DNA of 42,929 nt from Bacteroidales bacterium UBA3382. Lineage in GTDB: Bacteria > Bacteroidota > Bacteroidia > Bacteroidales > UBA932. A program made the translations under genes and the position numbers. The stretch's first letter is position 1, and the number at the start of each line of letters is the position of its first letter. The notes below the pieces were generated by a model, which was not told the DNA's origin, did no database searches, and was given only the letters and a program-made list of their open reading frames with translations. Location of the stretch: contig DEPW01000115.1 in NCBI GenBank assembly GCA_002358965.1, positions 1 through 42,929 of the forward strand, in the 5' to 3' direction. Shown here in pieces: positions 27,996-37,520 of the stretch.

Positions 27996-29777
27996 ATGAA
28001 ATTGAAATCCTTTATTTTCGGCGCAATCGCCGTTTTGGCTTTCGTGTCGTGCGACAGGAACACGGATGGGTTGGTGCTCGATGCCCCTGTTCTTGAGATT
28101 TCCGATACATCTTCGACATCGTTTACGGTGGCATGGAATGCCGTAGAAGGTGCGGACATGTATACTTATGAGTTTATGGAAGATCAGGCAAGCACCGAGA
28201 AACTTTCCGTGTCTTTCGAAGATTTGAAGACCGATACATCGTATACGGTCAAGGTCAAGGCCGTGTCTACGGTCGCCAAGGCTGAATCCGAATGGTCGGA
28301 GATAAGCGTGGAACTCGTTTCCTCTGGAACACCTCCGGATCCTGAGTACGTCATCAATCTGACAGCGGAAATGAAGCCGGACATGGTACTTAATGTAAAG
28401 ACATCGCCCACCGATAAGGAAGCTCCTTATTATTTCGAGCCCGTGCCGGGATCCATTTACGAAGGCTTCAATGATGATCCCGAAGCCATGTTTATGGATA
28501 TAATCAATACATATCTGGCGTATTATCAGTATGATAGTGCGATGGCGTTCGAAGAACTCAAAATGACCGGAGATGAAGACAAGGATTATAATATATCCAA
28601 ATATGCCGAGCCGGAGTTCTTCGTTTTCGCGGCGGGAATAGACGAGGAAATGAATATAACCACGGCTGTTGAGTCTGTGAAAGTTTCCTTGGATCTTCCT
28701 GTTTCGGAAAATGAGTTCGTCATTGTCGTGGACGTATGCACGCAGTCCGAGATAAGGGTGACGGTGGCTCCTACCAACGGCGACCAGTACGCGCTCATAC
28801 TTCAGGATAAGGAAACCGTGGACGCCTTGTCGGATACACAGCTCAAGAGTCTCCTCCTTTCACTGGTAAATGATAACAACTTGTGTGTCAATGAGACTAC
28901 AATGACATATAACAAGAATATCGTTCCGTCCCACGACTATTCCATTTTAGTGTTCGGTTACGAAGAAGGTGTCATAACTACGGCAATAAACCGTAAGGAC
29001 ATAAGGACTCCGGATCCCATGGTAGTCGAGGACCTTACATTCGAGTTCGAAATTACGCCTGTCGGTCCGCGGGAAGTGGACGTGGAGATCAGGCCTTCTG
29101 ACGAAGCTGCTTCATATTTTTACGATGTGGTGAGCCTGTCCGACTGGGCCCAGTATTATCAGAATGAGCCGTCCCTGTATGTGGAGGAGATGGCAGATTC
29201 GCAGGGACGCGATGTTCTGGACTATCTGGATGCTTTCGGTTCCATAGGTACGGTGACATATACTTATGATGATTTTTATCTTTCTCCGGACAGCGACTAC
29301 GTTCTGTTCGCTATGGGTTATTATGTCGAAGGCGATCAGGTCATTTGGCTCGAGGCCCAGCATGAAGACTTCCATACTCCGGCCGATGAAGGAGGAGAAG
29401 GCCCTGTCGAGAATCTTACTTTCGAATTGCAGATAATGGGCGTGGAAATAGGCAGATTTTATGTGGACGTAATACCTTCGGATAACAATGCCCCTTATGT
29501 TTATGCGGTGATGACCGATATCGAATACGATGAATATTTCCCGGACGATATTTACGGCTATTTCTATCAGCAGTACGAAAACTCGGGATTCGAAGGCACT
29601 TTCGCGGCTTATGTGGAAAGCATCAGCAAGACGGGAGAATCGTACGAACTGTCTGACTATTATCAGAGCGACGACTGCTGGTATTATAAACTGATTGCTG
29701 CCGGAGTGGTAGTGGACGGGGATAATGTGACGTTTTATGCCCCATCCGAGATGTATCTCTGGTATGAGACGTGGTAG
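27996..29777 (+). CDS. Acidic surface lipoprotein paralogue: FN3 domain + 4 FN3-like repeat modules
   Basis: Lipobox FVSC, WNAVEGADMY...DLKTDTSYTVKVKA, PPDPE linker, the same repeated module as the upstream gene. Confidence 0.8.
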   Translation: MKLKSFIFGAIAVLAFVSCDRNTDGLVLDAPVLEISDTSSTSFTVAWNAVEGADMYTYEFMEDQASTEKLSVSFEDLKTDTSYTVKVKAVSTVAKAESEWSEISVELVSSGTPPDPEYVINLTAEMKPDMVLNVKTSPTDKEAPYYFEPVPGSIYEGFNDDPEAMFMDIINTYLAYYQYDSAMAFEELKMTGDEDKDYNISKYAEPEFFVFAAGIDEEMNITTAVESVKVSLDLPVSENEFVIVVDVCTQSEIRVTVAPTNGDQYALILQDKETVDALSDTQLKSLLLSLVNDNNLCVNETTMTYNKNIVPSHDYSILVFGYEEGVITTAINRKDIRTPDPMVVEDLTFEFEITPVGPREVDVEIRPSDEAASYFYDVVSLSDWAQYYQNEPSLYVEEMADSQGRDVLDYLDAFGSIGTVTYTYDDFYLSPDSDYVLFAMGYYVEGDQVIWLEAQHEDFHTPADEGGEGPVENLTFELQIMGVEIGRFYVDVIPSDNNAPYVYAVMTDIEYDEYFPDDIYGYFYQQYENSGFEGTFAAYVESISKTGESYELSDYYQSDDCWYYKLIAAGVVVDGDNVTFYAPSEMYLWYETW

Positions 29778-29838
29778 GCCGGACCATGCTTTTCAAGGAG
29801 ACGTCCGTCCCTGGCGTATTGTAAATTGAAAATAAATC

Positions 29839-30864
29839 ATGGATATGGGAAACAGTAAGGCCGTACAGGATGACCGCTTTTCTTCGATAGGGAAGCAGGA
29901 GGCGATAAGGAGGTTGTATGCGACGAGTCCTTTTTCGCGTTGCGACAGCCTTGTCCTGCCTTCGGAGAACGCAGGGAAAAAAGTGGAAAATGTGTCGGCA
30001 TTGCTGTCGGAAGGTACTGACTTCGACCTGACATACAATCCTTTGAAACATTTGGGCTATAAGAGCGTACTGTCAGTTTTGGGGGAATTGTATGTCAGGA
30101 TGGCCAGGCCTTACGGACTTTCGATAAGGATAGGGGTTTCTTCCAAATCGGAATTTCCTCAAATATCCGAACTCTGGAGCGGGATGTCGGCGGCGGCCGA
30201 AGAGCATGGCGTATCGGCCGTTTCTTTGGACTTGCTTCCGTCTCGTAATGGGCTGCTGATTTCGCTGTCGGCTGCGGGATTCGTGCCGGCTTCGCTTGAA
30301 AATCCCGAGTCCCCTCATTCGATGGACCTGATTTGCGTATCCGACAATCTCGGCTCCGCCTACATGGGTCTGCATGTGCTCGAGAGGGAAAAAGCGGCTT
30401 TCAATGCTTCGGTCGGCGTGGAGAAACAGCCGGATTTGAAGAAATACGAATACCTGCTCAGGGCTTATCTCCGTCCCGAAATCGACGGTCATGTGATTGA
30501 TGATTTCGAAAAGGCGGGCTTTGTGCCTTCCTGCGGATATTTTTTGCGGAACGGTCTTGCGGATGCCGTCAGACGCCTTTCACGGGATATCGGGTTCGGT
30601 GCGAAAATATATCTGGACCGCATACCGATTGCGGACAAGGCTTTCGAAATGGCGGAGGAGATAGGCATGGATCCTCTTGCCGCTGCTTTGAACGGCGGAG
30701 ACGATTTCAGATACCTTTTCACCATACCCATAGGCAGGCACGACCAGTTCCGCCGCGACTTCCAGACTTTCGATGTCGTGGGGCATCTCGCCCGTCCGGA
30801 AGTCGGAGCGGTCATTGTCACCCCCGAGGGGGCGGAATTGCCGTTGAAGGCTCAAGGGTGGTAG
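29839..30864 (+). CDS. thiL: ThiL (thiamine-monophosphate kinase)-like protein with degenerate active site
   Basis: Bacteroidetes ThiL scaffold motifs FDLTYNPLKHLGYKSV, DLICVS..LG.AYMGL..LEREK, ALNGGDDF..LFTIP and LKAQGW are present; catalytic motifs are altered. Confidence 0.75.
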   Translation: MDMGNSKAVQDDRFSSIGKQEAIRRLYATSPFSRCDSLVLPSENAGKKVENVSALLSEGTDFDLTYNPLKHLGYKSVLSVLGELYVRMARPYGLSIRIGVSSKSEFPQISELWSGMSAAAEEHGVSAVSLDLLPSRNGLLISLSAAGFVPASLENPESPHSMDLICVSDNLGSAYMGLHVLEREKAAFNASVGVEKQPDLKKYEYLLRAYLRPEIDGHVIDDFEKAGFVPSCGYFLRNGLADAVRRLSRDIGFGAKIYLDRIPIADKAFEMAEEIGMDPLAAALNGGDDFRYLFTIPIGRHDQFRRDFQTFDVVGHLARPEVGAVIVTPEGAELPLKAQGW

Positions 30865-30878
30865 GCCTGTCGGAAGCC

Positions 30879-32144
30879 CTATAATCGGATTTTCAGAAAC
30901 CCGGCGATGTCATCGAGGACTTCGCCGGGTATTTTGCCTTGTACGGCATATTCGGCCGGAGACGGCTCTCCCTCGCCTTTGTGGAAGATATGGTTCAGTC
31001 CGGGATATGAAATGAACCGTGCATCGGCATTCCCTCCCGCTTCATCCGTCCATGCTTCCCATATCCGGATTTCTTCGGCCGGGACCTGGTAATCCCTTCC
31101 GCCCTGAAGGAAAAGCATCGGAAAAGCCTTTGCGCAGAGGCCTGCCATGACAGCCTTTTTGTCGTAGTCTACTCCCTCTATGTATTTTTGAGGAAGTTCC
31201 ATGAAAGTTTTATGTATCCGGGCAAGTTCTTCGCGGTTATAAGCGTTGCCGAGAACCCCAATCTGGTGTTCTATCGTTTCCGCCATTGTCGAGGCCGGTG
31301 CCGCAAGCATTATGATTCCGTCGAGAAGCCCGCCAGTGTCGGAGGCTGCGATATAAGGAGCCATTCCGGCTCCGAGCGAATGCCCTATGATGAATATTCT
31401 TTCGAATCCCAAAGAATCGGCAAGGGAGGCCGCCGACAGGGCGTCGTCGGTACACTCTTCTTCAATGGTGGGTTCTTCCGGGTTTGCGAATGCCTTTTCG
31501 CCGTAGACGTAAGTACGCTTGTCGTAGCGCAGTACGGCTATCCCTCTGTGCGACATGGCCGTAGCAATCTCTTTGAACAGTTTGTTAGGGCCGAGGGTTT
31601 CATCCATGTCGTTCGGGCCGGACCCGTGTACCAGTATCAGCACGGGGATGGAGTCGGGTGCTTTTTGTCTCGGTACGGTCAGCCTTGCAGGCAGTTTGAA
31701 TTTTCCGGTATGGACGGCCAGTTCTTTCTCTTCCCATCCTTCGGCGAGTTCATGGATGTCGGAAAATTCTTCATCCGGGGCCGGTTCCGGCAGGGGAGGG
31801 GCGATTTGCAGCCCTGCGATTTTCCCGTCTGAATCGAATACCGTCATGAGCGAAACCTTGCCGTTTTCAAACGAGAGATTGCACCATTTTCCTCCCGGGA
31901 CCCCGTCAAGGTCGTACCAGGCGCTGTTGGAAACATACAATCCCATTTGCGATTCGATACCTTTCCAGAGCGAGGACAGCTGTCCTGCATCGACGGATGA
32001 GCGTACATTGTCGTCGCACATCATGTACAGCATCCTCCCGTTACCGTCGCGCAGCATCTCAAGGACGATTTGCGGATTTGCCCTGTCGGGTTGGAAGCTG
32101 CCTAAAGCGCATATGGTCAGTAATATTGATAAGATCTTCATCAT
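30879..32144 (-). CDS. Secreted alpha/beta-hydrolase (esterase-like) with N-terminal DUF3887-like domain
   Basis: VHGSGPNDMD, VLRYDKR, GHSLG nucleophile, QGGRDYQV (Asp), GLNH (His); signal peptide. Confidence 0.85.
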   Translation of the reverse strand: MMKILSILLTICALGSFQPDRANPQIVLEMLRDGNGRMLYMMCDDNVRSSVDAGQLSSLWKGIESQMGLYVSNSAWYDLDGVPGGKWCNLSFENGKVSLMTVFDSDGKIAGLQIAPPLPEPAPDEEFSDIHELAEGWEEKELAVHTGKFKLPARLTVPRQKAPDSIPVLILVHGSGPNDMDETLGPNKLFKEIATAMSHRGIAVLRYDKRTYVYGEKAFANPEEPTIEEECTDDALSAASLADSLGFERIFIIGHSLGAGMAPYIAASDTGGLLDGIIMLAAPASTMAETIEHQIGVLGNAYNREELARIHKTFMELPQKYIEGVDYDKKAVMAGLCAKAFPMLFLQGGRDYQVPAEEIRIWEAWTDEAGGNADARFISYPGLNHIFHKGEGEPSPAEYAVQGKIPGEVLDDIAGFLKIRL

Positions 32145-32179
32145 GGCGTGCGATTTCAGGTTTCATTTTTTGCATATTG

Positions 32180-32215
32180 CAAATATAGCCTTTTTGACGA
32201 TTTGTGTTATCTTTG
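32180..32215. promoter_or_regulatory. Divergent sigmaA -7 boxes (hydrolase / dnaE)
   Basis: TATATTTG on minus (32180-32187) and TATCTTTG on plus (32208-32215). Confidence 0.68.
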
Positions 32216-32227
32216 TCAATGCAAAAA

Positions 32228-35200
32228 ATGGATAAAAACATGTCATTCGTTCACCTTCACCTACATACCCAATATTCGATTCTCGATGGAGCCGCCCCTG
32301 TCGAAAAACTCATAGACAAGGCCATAGCTTACGGACATCCCGCAATTTCGATTACGGATCACGGAAACATGTACGGCGTAAAGGAGTTTTTTACCTATAT
32401 TAAGAAATACAATAAGTCCGACAAGGCAAAGGAGACGGGCAGGACCATCAAACCGATCCTCGGATGCGAAGTATATGTGGCAAAGGCGAGCCGTCTTCTC
32501 AAAGACAAGGAACACAAGGGGTATTATCATCTGATACTCCTTGCGAAAAACCTTAACGGCTATCACAATCTCATGAAACTCGTCTCTTACGGTTTCATCG
32601 ACGGCATGTATTACAAACCCCGTATCGACCACGAGCTGTTGGCCCGGTATCATCAGGACCTGATTTGCTGTTCGGCCTGCATAGCCGGAGAGATACCGAG
32701 GCTGATACTCGAAGGGGATATCTCCAAGGCGGAGGAAGCGGTCCTGTGGCACAAGGAACTGTTCGGGGAAGACTATTATCTCGAAGTACAGCTCCACAAG
32801 ACCGAGATTCCCGGACAGAGTCAGGAAGTCTATGAAAAGCAGTCCGAGGTAAACAGGCAGATTTTCGGTTTGGCCGAAAAATACGGAATAAAGGTCGTCG
32901 CGACGAACGATGTGCATTTTGCCGACAAAGAGGACGGCCCGGCGCACGACAGGCTCATCTGTCTTACGACCAATGCGGATTACAACAGTCCCGACAGGAT
33001 GAGGTATACCCAGCAGGAGTATTTCAAGAGCGAGGAGGAGATGGCCGCCCTGTTCCCGGAACATCCCGAAGCGATATCGAATACGCTCGAGGTGGCCGGC
33101 AAAGTGGAATATTACGACATAGATTCGGGGCATATCCTGCCGATTTTCCCTATTCCCGACGAGTTTCCGGATTCCGACGAGTATCTCAGGCATCTGGCCT
33201 ACAAGGGCGCTGAAACCCGTTATCCCGAAATGTCCGGAGATACGAGGGAAAGGATAGATTTCGAGCTTGAAACCATCAAGAGGATGGGTTTTCCGGACTA
33301 TTTCCTGATTGTTCAGGACTTCATCAAGGAGGCAAGGAACAGAGGCGTTTCAGTAGGTCCCGGAAGAGGCTCGGCTGCCGGTTCGGTCGTTGCTTATTGT
33401 TTGGGGATCACCAATATAGATCCTATCAAATATCAATTGCTTTTCGAGCGTTTCCTGAATCCCGACCGTATATCGATGCCGGATATAGACATAGATTTCG
33501 ATGATGACGGGCGGTCCAAGGTATTCAGGTATGTCGAGGAAAAATACGGGGAAGACCATATTTCGCATGTGGTGACTTTCGGTACGATGGCCGCAAAGAG
33601 CGCCATCAAGGATATCGCGCGCATACACCAGTTGCCGCTGACAGAGGCCAACCGCCTTGCAAAGCTCGTTCCGGACAAGCCATTCGAAGTCCAGGGCAGT
33701 CCCAAACCTGTCAAACCGACTTTGGCCAACTGTGTGAAATACATTCCGGAGTTCAAGGCCGAACTTGAAAACCCTAATCCGCTGGTGAGGGATACGCTCA
33801 AATATGCCATAGAGCTTGAAGGTACGGTAAGGCAGACCGGCGTCCATGCCTGCGCTCTGATCATCGGCAGGGACGATCTGACCAAATACATCCCCATCAG
33901 CGTGACCGAAGACAAGGATAGCGGCAAGGAAATCTGGGTCTCGCAGTATGAAGGCAAATACATCGAAGAGGTAGGAATGCTCAAGATGGATTTCCTCGGC
34001 CTCAAGACATTGAGCATCATCAAGGAGTGTCTGTCCAACATCAGGAAATCCCACGGTGTGGATATCGACATCGAAAAGATTCCTATCGATGACGGGCAGA
34101 CCTACAGGCTTTACAGTCGCGGAGACACTACGAGCGTGTTCCAGTTCGAGTCTCCCGGAATGAAGAAGTGGCTCAAGGAACTGTGTCCGAACCGTTTCGA
34201 GGATCTTATCGCCATGAACGCCCTTTACCGTCCAGGACCGATGGATTACATCCCGTCGTTCGTCGCCCGCAAGCAGGGCCGCGAGGCCATTACCTACGAC
34301 TTGCCGGATATGGAGGAATACCTGCAGGACACCTATGGCATAACCGTCTACCAGGAGCAGGTGATGCTTTTGTCCCAGAAGCTTGCAGGCTTCACCAAGG
34401 GGCAGGCGGACAAATTGAGGAAGGCCATGGGAAAGAAGCAGTTGGCTGTAATGAAGGAACTGTACGGGCTGTTCATGGAAGGAGGAAAGGCCAAGGGCCA
34501 TCCGGAGGATATCCTTAACAAGATATGGAAGGATTGGGAAAAATTCGCCGAATACGCCTTTAACAAGTCCCATGCTACATGCTACGCGTGGGTAAGCTAC
34601 CAGACCGCCTATCTCAAGGCCCATTATCCGGCCGAATTCCAGGCTGCCAACCTGAGCAAACAGCTCGGCAATATAGAGGAAATCAAGAAAATCATGCTCG
34701 ATTGCAAGCTCTCGCGCATCCCGGTGTTGGGTCCCGATATCAATGAATCCGATACCCGTTTTACCGTCAACAAAGACGGGGCTGTGCGTTTCGGGCTGGG
34801 CGGTGTGAAAGGTTTCGGGGAAAAAGCCGTGGAAATGATACTGGAAGAGAGGAGCAAAGGGCAGTTCAAGGATATTTTCGACTTTATGGAACGCATCCCG
34901 CGCGGAATCCTGAACCGCAAGACCTTCGAATATCTCCTCCTGTCCGGGACTTTCGACAGTCTTGGCATAAGCCGGGCGCAATATCTTCTTCCTTGCGGCA
35001 AGGACGAATGCTTCATCGATTCGCTTTTAAGGTACGCGGATCTCTTCAGGCAAGGCGAAGAGGCCAACGCCGTATCGCTTTTCGAGGATTCCGAGGAAAT
35101 CAGGCCTCCCCGTCCGGAGATCCCGCCGATGCCGCGCGAAATCAACACGGACTACTACCTTAATATGGAAAAAGAGTTGGTAGGCATGTATCTTTCAGCC

Positions 35201-35839
35201 CATCCGCTGGACCGGTATGCGTTTGAAGTCAGGCAGTTCACCAATCTCGAACTCGCGGATCTGGACAGCGTGGTGCAGGAGAGCAACTCGGAACAGAAGA
35301 AAGAGGGCATGGAGATAGCCGTGGCCGGCTATGTTACGGGCTTTACGAGCATGGTGGCGGCCGCAAGCAACAAACCGTGGTGCAGATTCGTAGTAGAGGA
35401 TTTCATCGGATCCAAGGAGTTTTCGCTTTTCGGTAAGGATTATGAGGCGTTCGCATCGAAAGTGCAGCTGCACAATACCATTCTCATCGAAGGCGTCATA
35501 GGTCCGCGGTACTATGTCAATCCCAAGGACGCCAAGGCGAAAAAGCCGGAAAATGTATTCAAAATCAAGAAGATATCCCTCCTCGGCAATGTGTCCGAGG
35601 AGAGAGTGAAGAGCCTGGTGATAGAGGTCGCTACGGATATGATCACTCCCAACTTCCGAAAAGGACTGGTTACGGTGCTGAAAAAGCACAAAGGCCGAAA
35701 CAGGCTCGAGCTCAGACTGGTTGACAGGCAGACCGAATATGTCGTGGACTTCTTCTCCAAAAAATATTCGGTGTCCGTGGACATGTTCCTGTTGGATGAA
35801 CTCGAAGGTATGTCCGTTCCTTATAAGATTATGACATGA
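32228..35839 (+). CDS. dnaE: DNA polymerase III alpha subunit
   Basis: PHP HLHLHTQYSILDG, GPGRGSAAGS, FERFLNPDRISMPDIDIDF, KMDFLGL, YAFNKSHA, C-terminal OB fold. Start is 32228 or 32240. Confidence 0.98.
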   Translation: MDKNMSFVHLHLHTQYSILDGAAPVEKLIDKAIAYGHPAISITDHGNMYGVKEFFTYIKKYNKSDKAKETGRTIKPILGCEVYVAKASRLLKDKEHKGYYHLILLAKNLNGYHNLMKLVSYGFIDGMYYKPRIDHELLARYHQDLICCSACIAGEIPRLILEGDISKAEEAVLWHKELFGEDYYLEVQLHKTEIPGQSQEVYEKQSEVNRQIFGLAEKYGIKVVATNDVHFADKEDGPAHDRLICLTTNADYNSPDRMRYTQQEYFKSEEEMAALFPEHPEAISNTLEVAGKVEYYDIDSGHILPIFPIPDEFPDSDEYLRHLAYKGAETRYPEMSGDTRERIDFELETIKRMGFPDYFLIVQDFIKEARNRGVSVGPGRGSAAGSVVAYCLGITNIDPIKYQLLFERFLNPDRISMPDIDIDFDDDGRSKVFRYVEEKYGEDHISHVVTFGTMAAKSAIKDIARIHQLPLTEANRLAKLVPDKPFEVQGSPKPVKPTLANCVKYIPEFKAELENPNPLVRDTLKYAIELEGTVRQTGVHACALIIGRDDLTKYIPISVTEDKDSGKEIWVSQYEGKYIEEVGMLKMDFLGLKTLSIIKECLSNIRKSHGVDIDIEKIPIDDGQTYRLYSRGDTTSVFQFESPGMKKWLKELCPNRFEDLIAMNALYRPGPMDYIPSFVARKQGREAITYDLPDMEEYLQDTYGITVYQEQVMLLSQKLAGFTKGQADKLRKAMGKKQLAVMKELYGLFMEGGKAKGHPEDILNKIWKDWEKFAEYAFNKSHATCYAWVSYQTAYLKAHYPAEFQAANLSKQLGNIEEIKKIMLDCKLSRIPVLGPDINESDTRFTVNKDGAVRFGLGGVKGFGEKAVEMILEERSKGQFKDIFDFMERIPRGILNRKTFEYLLLSGTFDSLGISRAQYLLPCGKDECFIDSLLRYADLFRQGEEANAVSLFEDSEEIRPPRPEIPPMPREINTDYYLNMEKELVGMYLSAHPLDRYAFEVRQFTNLELADLDSVVQESNSEQKKEGMEIAVAGYVTGFTSMVAAASNKPWCRFVVEDFIGSKEFSLFGKDYEAFASKVQLHNTILIEGVIGPRYYVNPKDAKAKKPENVFKIKKISLLGNVSEERVKSLVIEVATDMITPNFRKGLVTVLKKHKGRNRLELRLVDRQTEYVVDFFSKKYSVSVDMFLLDELEGMSVPYKIMT

Positions 35840-35887
35840 CCGTCATGCGGATTTGTCGGAAAATGCTCCTGTTTGCAGGAAAATCTT

Positions 35888-35895
35888 TAACTTTG
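35888..35895 (+). promoter_or_regulatory. sigmaA -7 box for sulfatase-GH92
   Basis: TAACTTTG, 26 nt upstream of ATG 35922. Confidence 0.6.
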
Positions 35896-35921
35896 ATGCA
35901 GCAAATCAATATGCTCCAAAT

Positions 35922-37520
35922 ATGAAAACCACCATATCGAGGCATCTGGCAAACCTCGGCGGAGGTCTGGCGGTCGGCATACTTGTGATTCCGGCAGCCT
36001 GCTCTTCCCGTGCGGCCAAGGACGACGCCGGAAAGGACCGGCCGATGAATATCCTGTACATCATGTGCGACGATCATTCGTATCAGACGATCAGCGCATA
36101 CGGCAGCCGGCTGATAGAGACTCCGAACATCGACAGGATAGCGGATTCGGGGATGATCTTCACAAACAGCTTCGTGGCCAATTCCGTAAGTGCTCCGAGC
36201 CGCGCATGCCTGCTGACAGGAAAGCACAGCCACATGAACGGCATGACCGACAATACCAAGACTTTCGACGGTTCGCAACAGACTTTTCCGAAACTTCTCC
36301 GGCAGGCCGGATATCAGACGGCGATAGTGGGCAAGTGGCACCTTGTTTCCGAACCGACGGGCTTCGACTATTGGAACATCCTTATCGGGCAGGGCGAATA
36401 TTACAACCCGACATTCATCGACAACGGGAAAAAGAAGGTCGTAAAGGGCTACGCCACCGAAGTGACTACCGACCTGGCGCTCCAATGGCTTGAAAAAGGA
36501 AGGGACACTGCCAGGCCGTTCTGCCTGTTGCTCCATCACAAGGCCCCTCACCGTACATGGATGCCGGATACGGCGGATCTGGGCGCGTTCGACAATCTCG
36601 AACTGTCTTTGCCGGATAATTTTTACGATGACTATCAGGGCCGTCCTGCGGCCGCCGCCCAGGAAATGGAGATAGCTCGCCACATGGATCTGGTCTACGA
36701 CCTGAAGATGGCCGACAAGGAAGGCGAAATCCATACCGACACCTCTCTTGAGGAGTACGGCCGCGCAATCTACTCCCGCATGGATCCCGAACAGAAAAAG
36801 GCATGGGATGCATATTACGACCCTGTCATCGAAGAGTTCAAGGAAAGCGGCCTGAGCGGAGAAGATCTGGCCGAGTGGAAGTATCGCCGTTACATGCTCG
36901 ACTACCTCAGCGTAATCCGTTCGGTAGACAGGAATGTCGGCAGGGTGATAGATTATCTCCAGCAAAACGGTCTGTGGGACAACACCATCATAGTCTATAC
37001 TTCGGACCAGGGGTTCTATATGGGCGAACACGGCTGGTTCGACAAGCGTTTCATGTATGAGGAGTCTTTCCGCACCCCGATGCTCGTGCGTTACCCGGGA
37101 GGATACCGTGGCGAAGTGGATGCGCTCGTGCAGAACATAGACCATGCACCGACCTTTCTGGAGGCGGCCGGAGTGCAAGTACCCGAAGACATACAGGGAG
37201 AGTCCTACCTGTCGTTCCTCAAGGACGGCAAGGCCCCTGAAGGAGGCTGGAGGGACGCCTTGTATTATCATTATTACGAATATCCCGGAGAACATGCGGT
37301 GCGTCGCCATTACGGAGTCCGTACCGACCGTTACAAACTGATGCATTTTTACGGTGACATTGATTCCTGGGAACTCTACGACTTGGAAGAAGACCCGCAT
37401 GAGATGCACAATCTTTACGGAAAAGAGGAATATTCCGGGATTCAAGAAGAGTTGTATGAAAAGCTGGCGGAGTTGCAGAGGCAATACGATGATACCACGG
37501 CTTTAAAACAAAACATGTAA
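35922..37520 (+). CDS. S1 sulfatase (Ser-type), probable lipoprotein
   Basis: NILYIMCDDH, SAPSRACLLTG (SxPxR), GKWHL, KAPHR, YTSDQG...GEHGWFDKR, LYDLEEDPHE; signal ends PAAC. Confidence 0.93.
   Translation: MKTTISRHLANLGGGLAVGILVIPAACSSRAAKDDAGKDRPMNILYIMCDDHSYQTISAYGSRLIETPNIDRIADSGMIFTNSFVANSVSAPSRACLLTGKHSHMNGMTDNTKTFDGSQQTFPKLLRQAGYQTAIVGKWHLVSEPTGFDYWNILIGQGEYYNPTFIDNGKKKVVKGYATEVTTDLALQWLEKGRDTARPFCLLLHHKAPHRTWMPDTADLGAFDNLELSLPDNFYDDYQGRPAAAAQEMEIARHMDLVYDLKMADKEGEIHTDTSLEEYGRAIYSRMDPEQKKAWDAYYDPVIEEFKESGLSGEDLAEWKYRRYMLDYLSVIRSVDRNVGRVIDYLQQNGLWDNTIIVYTSDQGFYMGEHGWFDKRFMYEESFRTPMLVRYPGGYRGEVDALVQNIDHAPTFLEAAGVQVPEDIQGESYLSFLKDGKAPEGGWRDALYYHYYEYPGEHAVRRHYGVRTDRYKLMHFYGDIDSWELYDLEEDPHEMHNLYGKEEYSGIQEELYEKLAELQRQYDDTTALKQNM

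Noticed and set aside
26459..29777. Diversity-generating retroelement target or CRISPR-like repeat
   Set aside because: No reverse transcriptase, no adenine-specific TR/VR pair and no regularly spaced repeats; DNA identity is limited to short stretches encoding LTFE.
29778..29838. TPP riboswitch upstream of the thiL-like gene
   Set aside because: Gap is 61 bp and lacks the CUGAGA and AGCG..GG core.
32228..35839. Intein in dnaE
   Set aside because: About 1200 aa of continuous polymerase motifs with no insertion.
35829..37484. 551-aa antisense ORF over the sulfatase (similar long ones over dnaE 33350-34981, GH92 and sufB)
   Set aside because: Antisense shadows expected from codon bias of strong sense-strand genes; no recognisable motifs.
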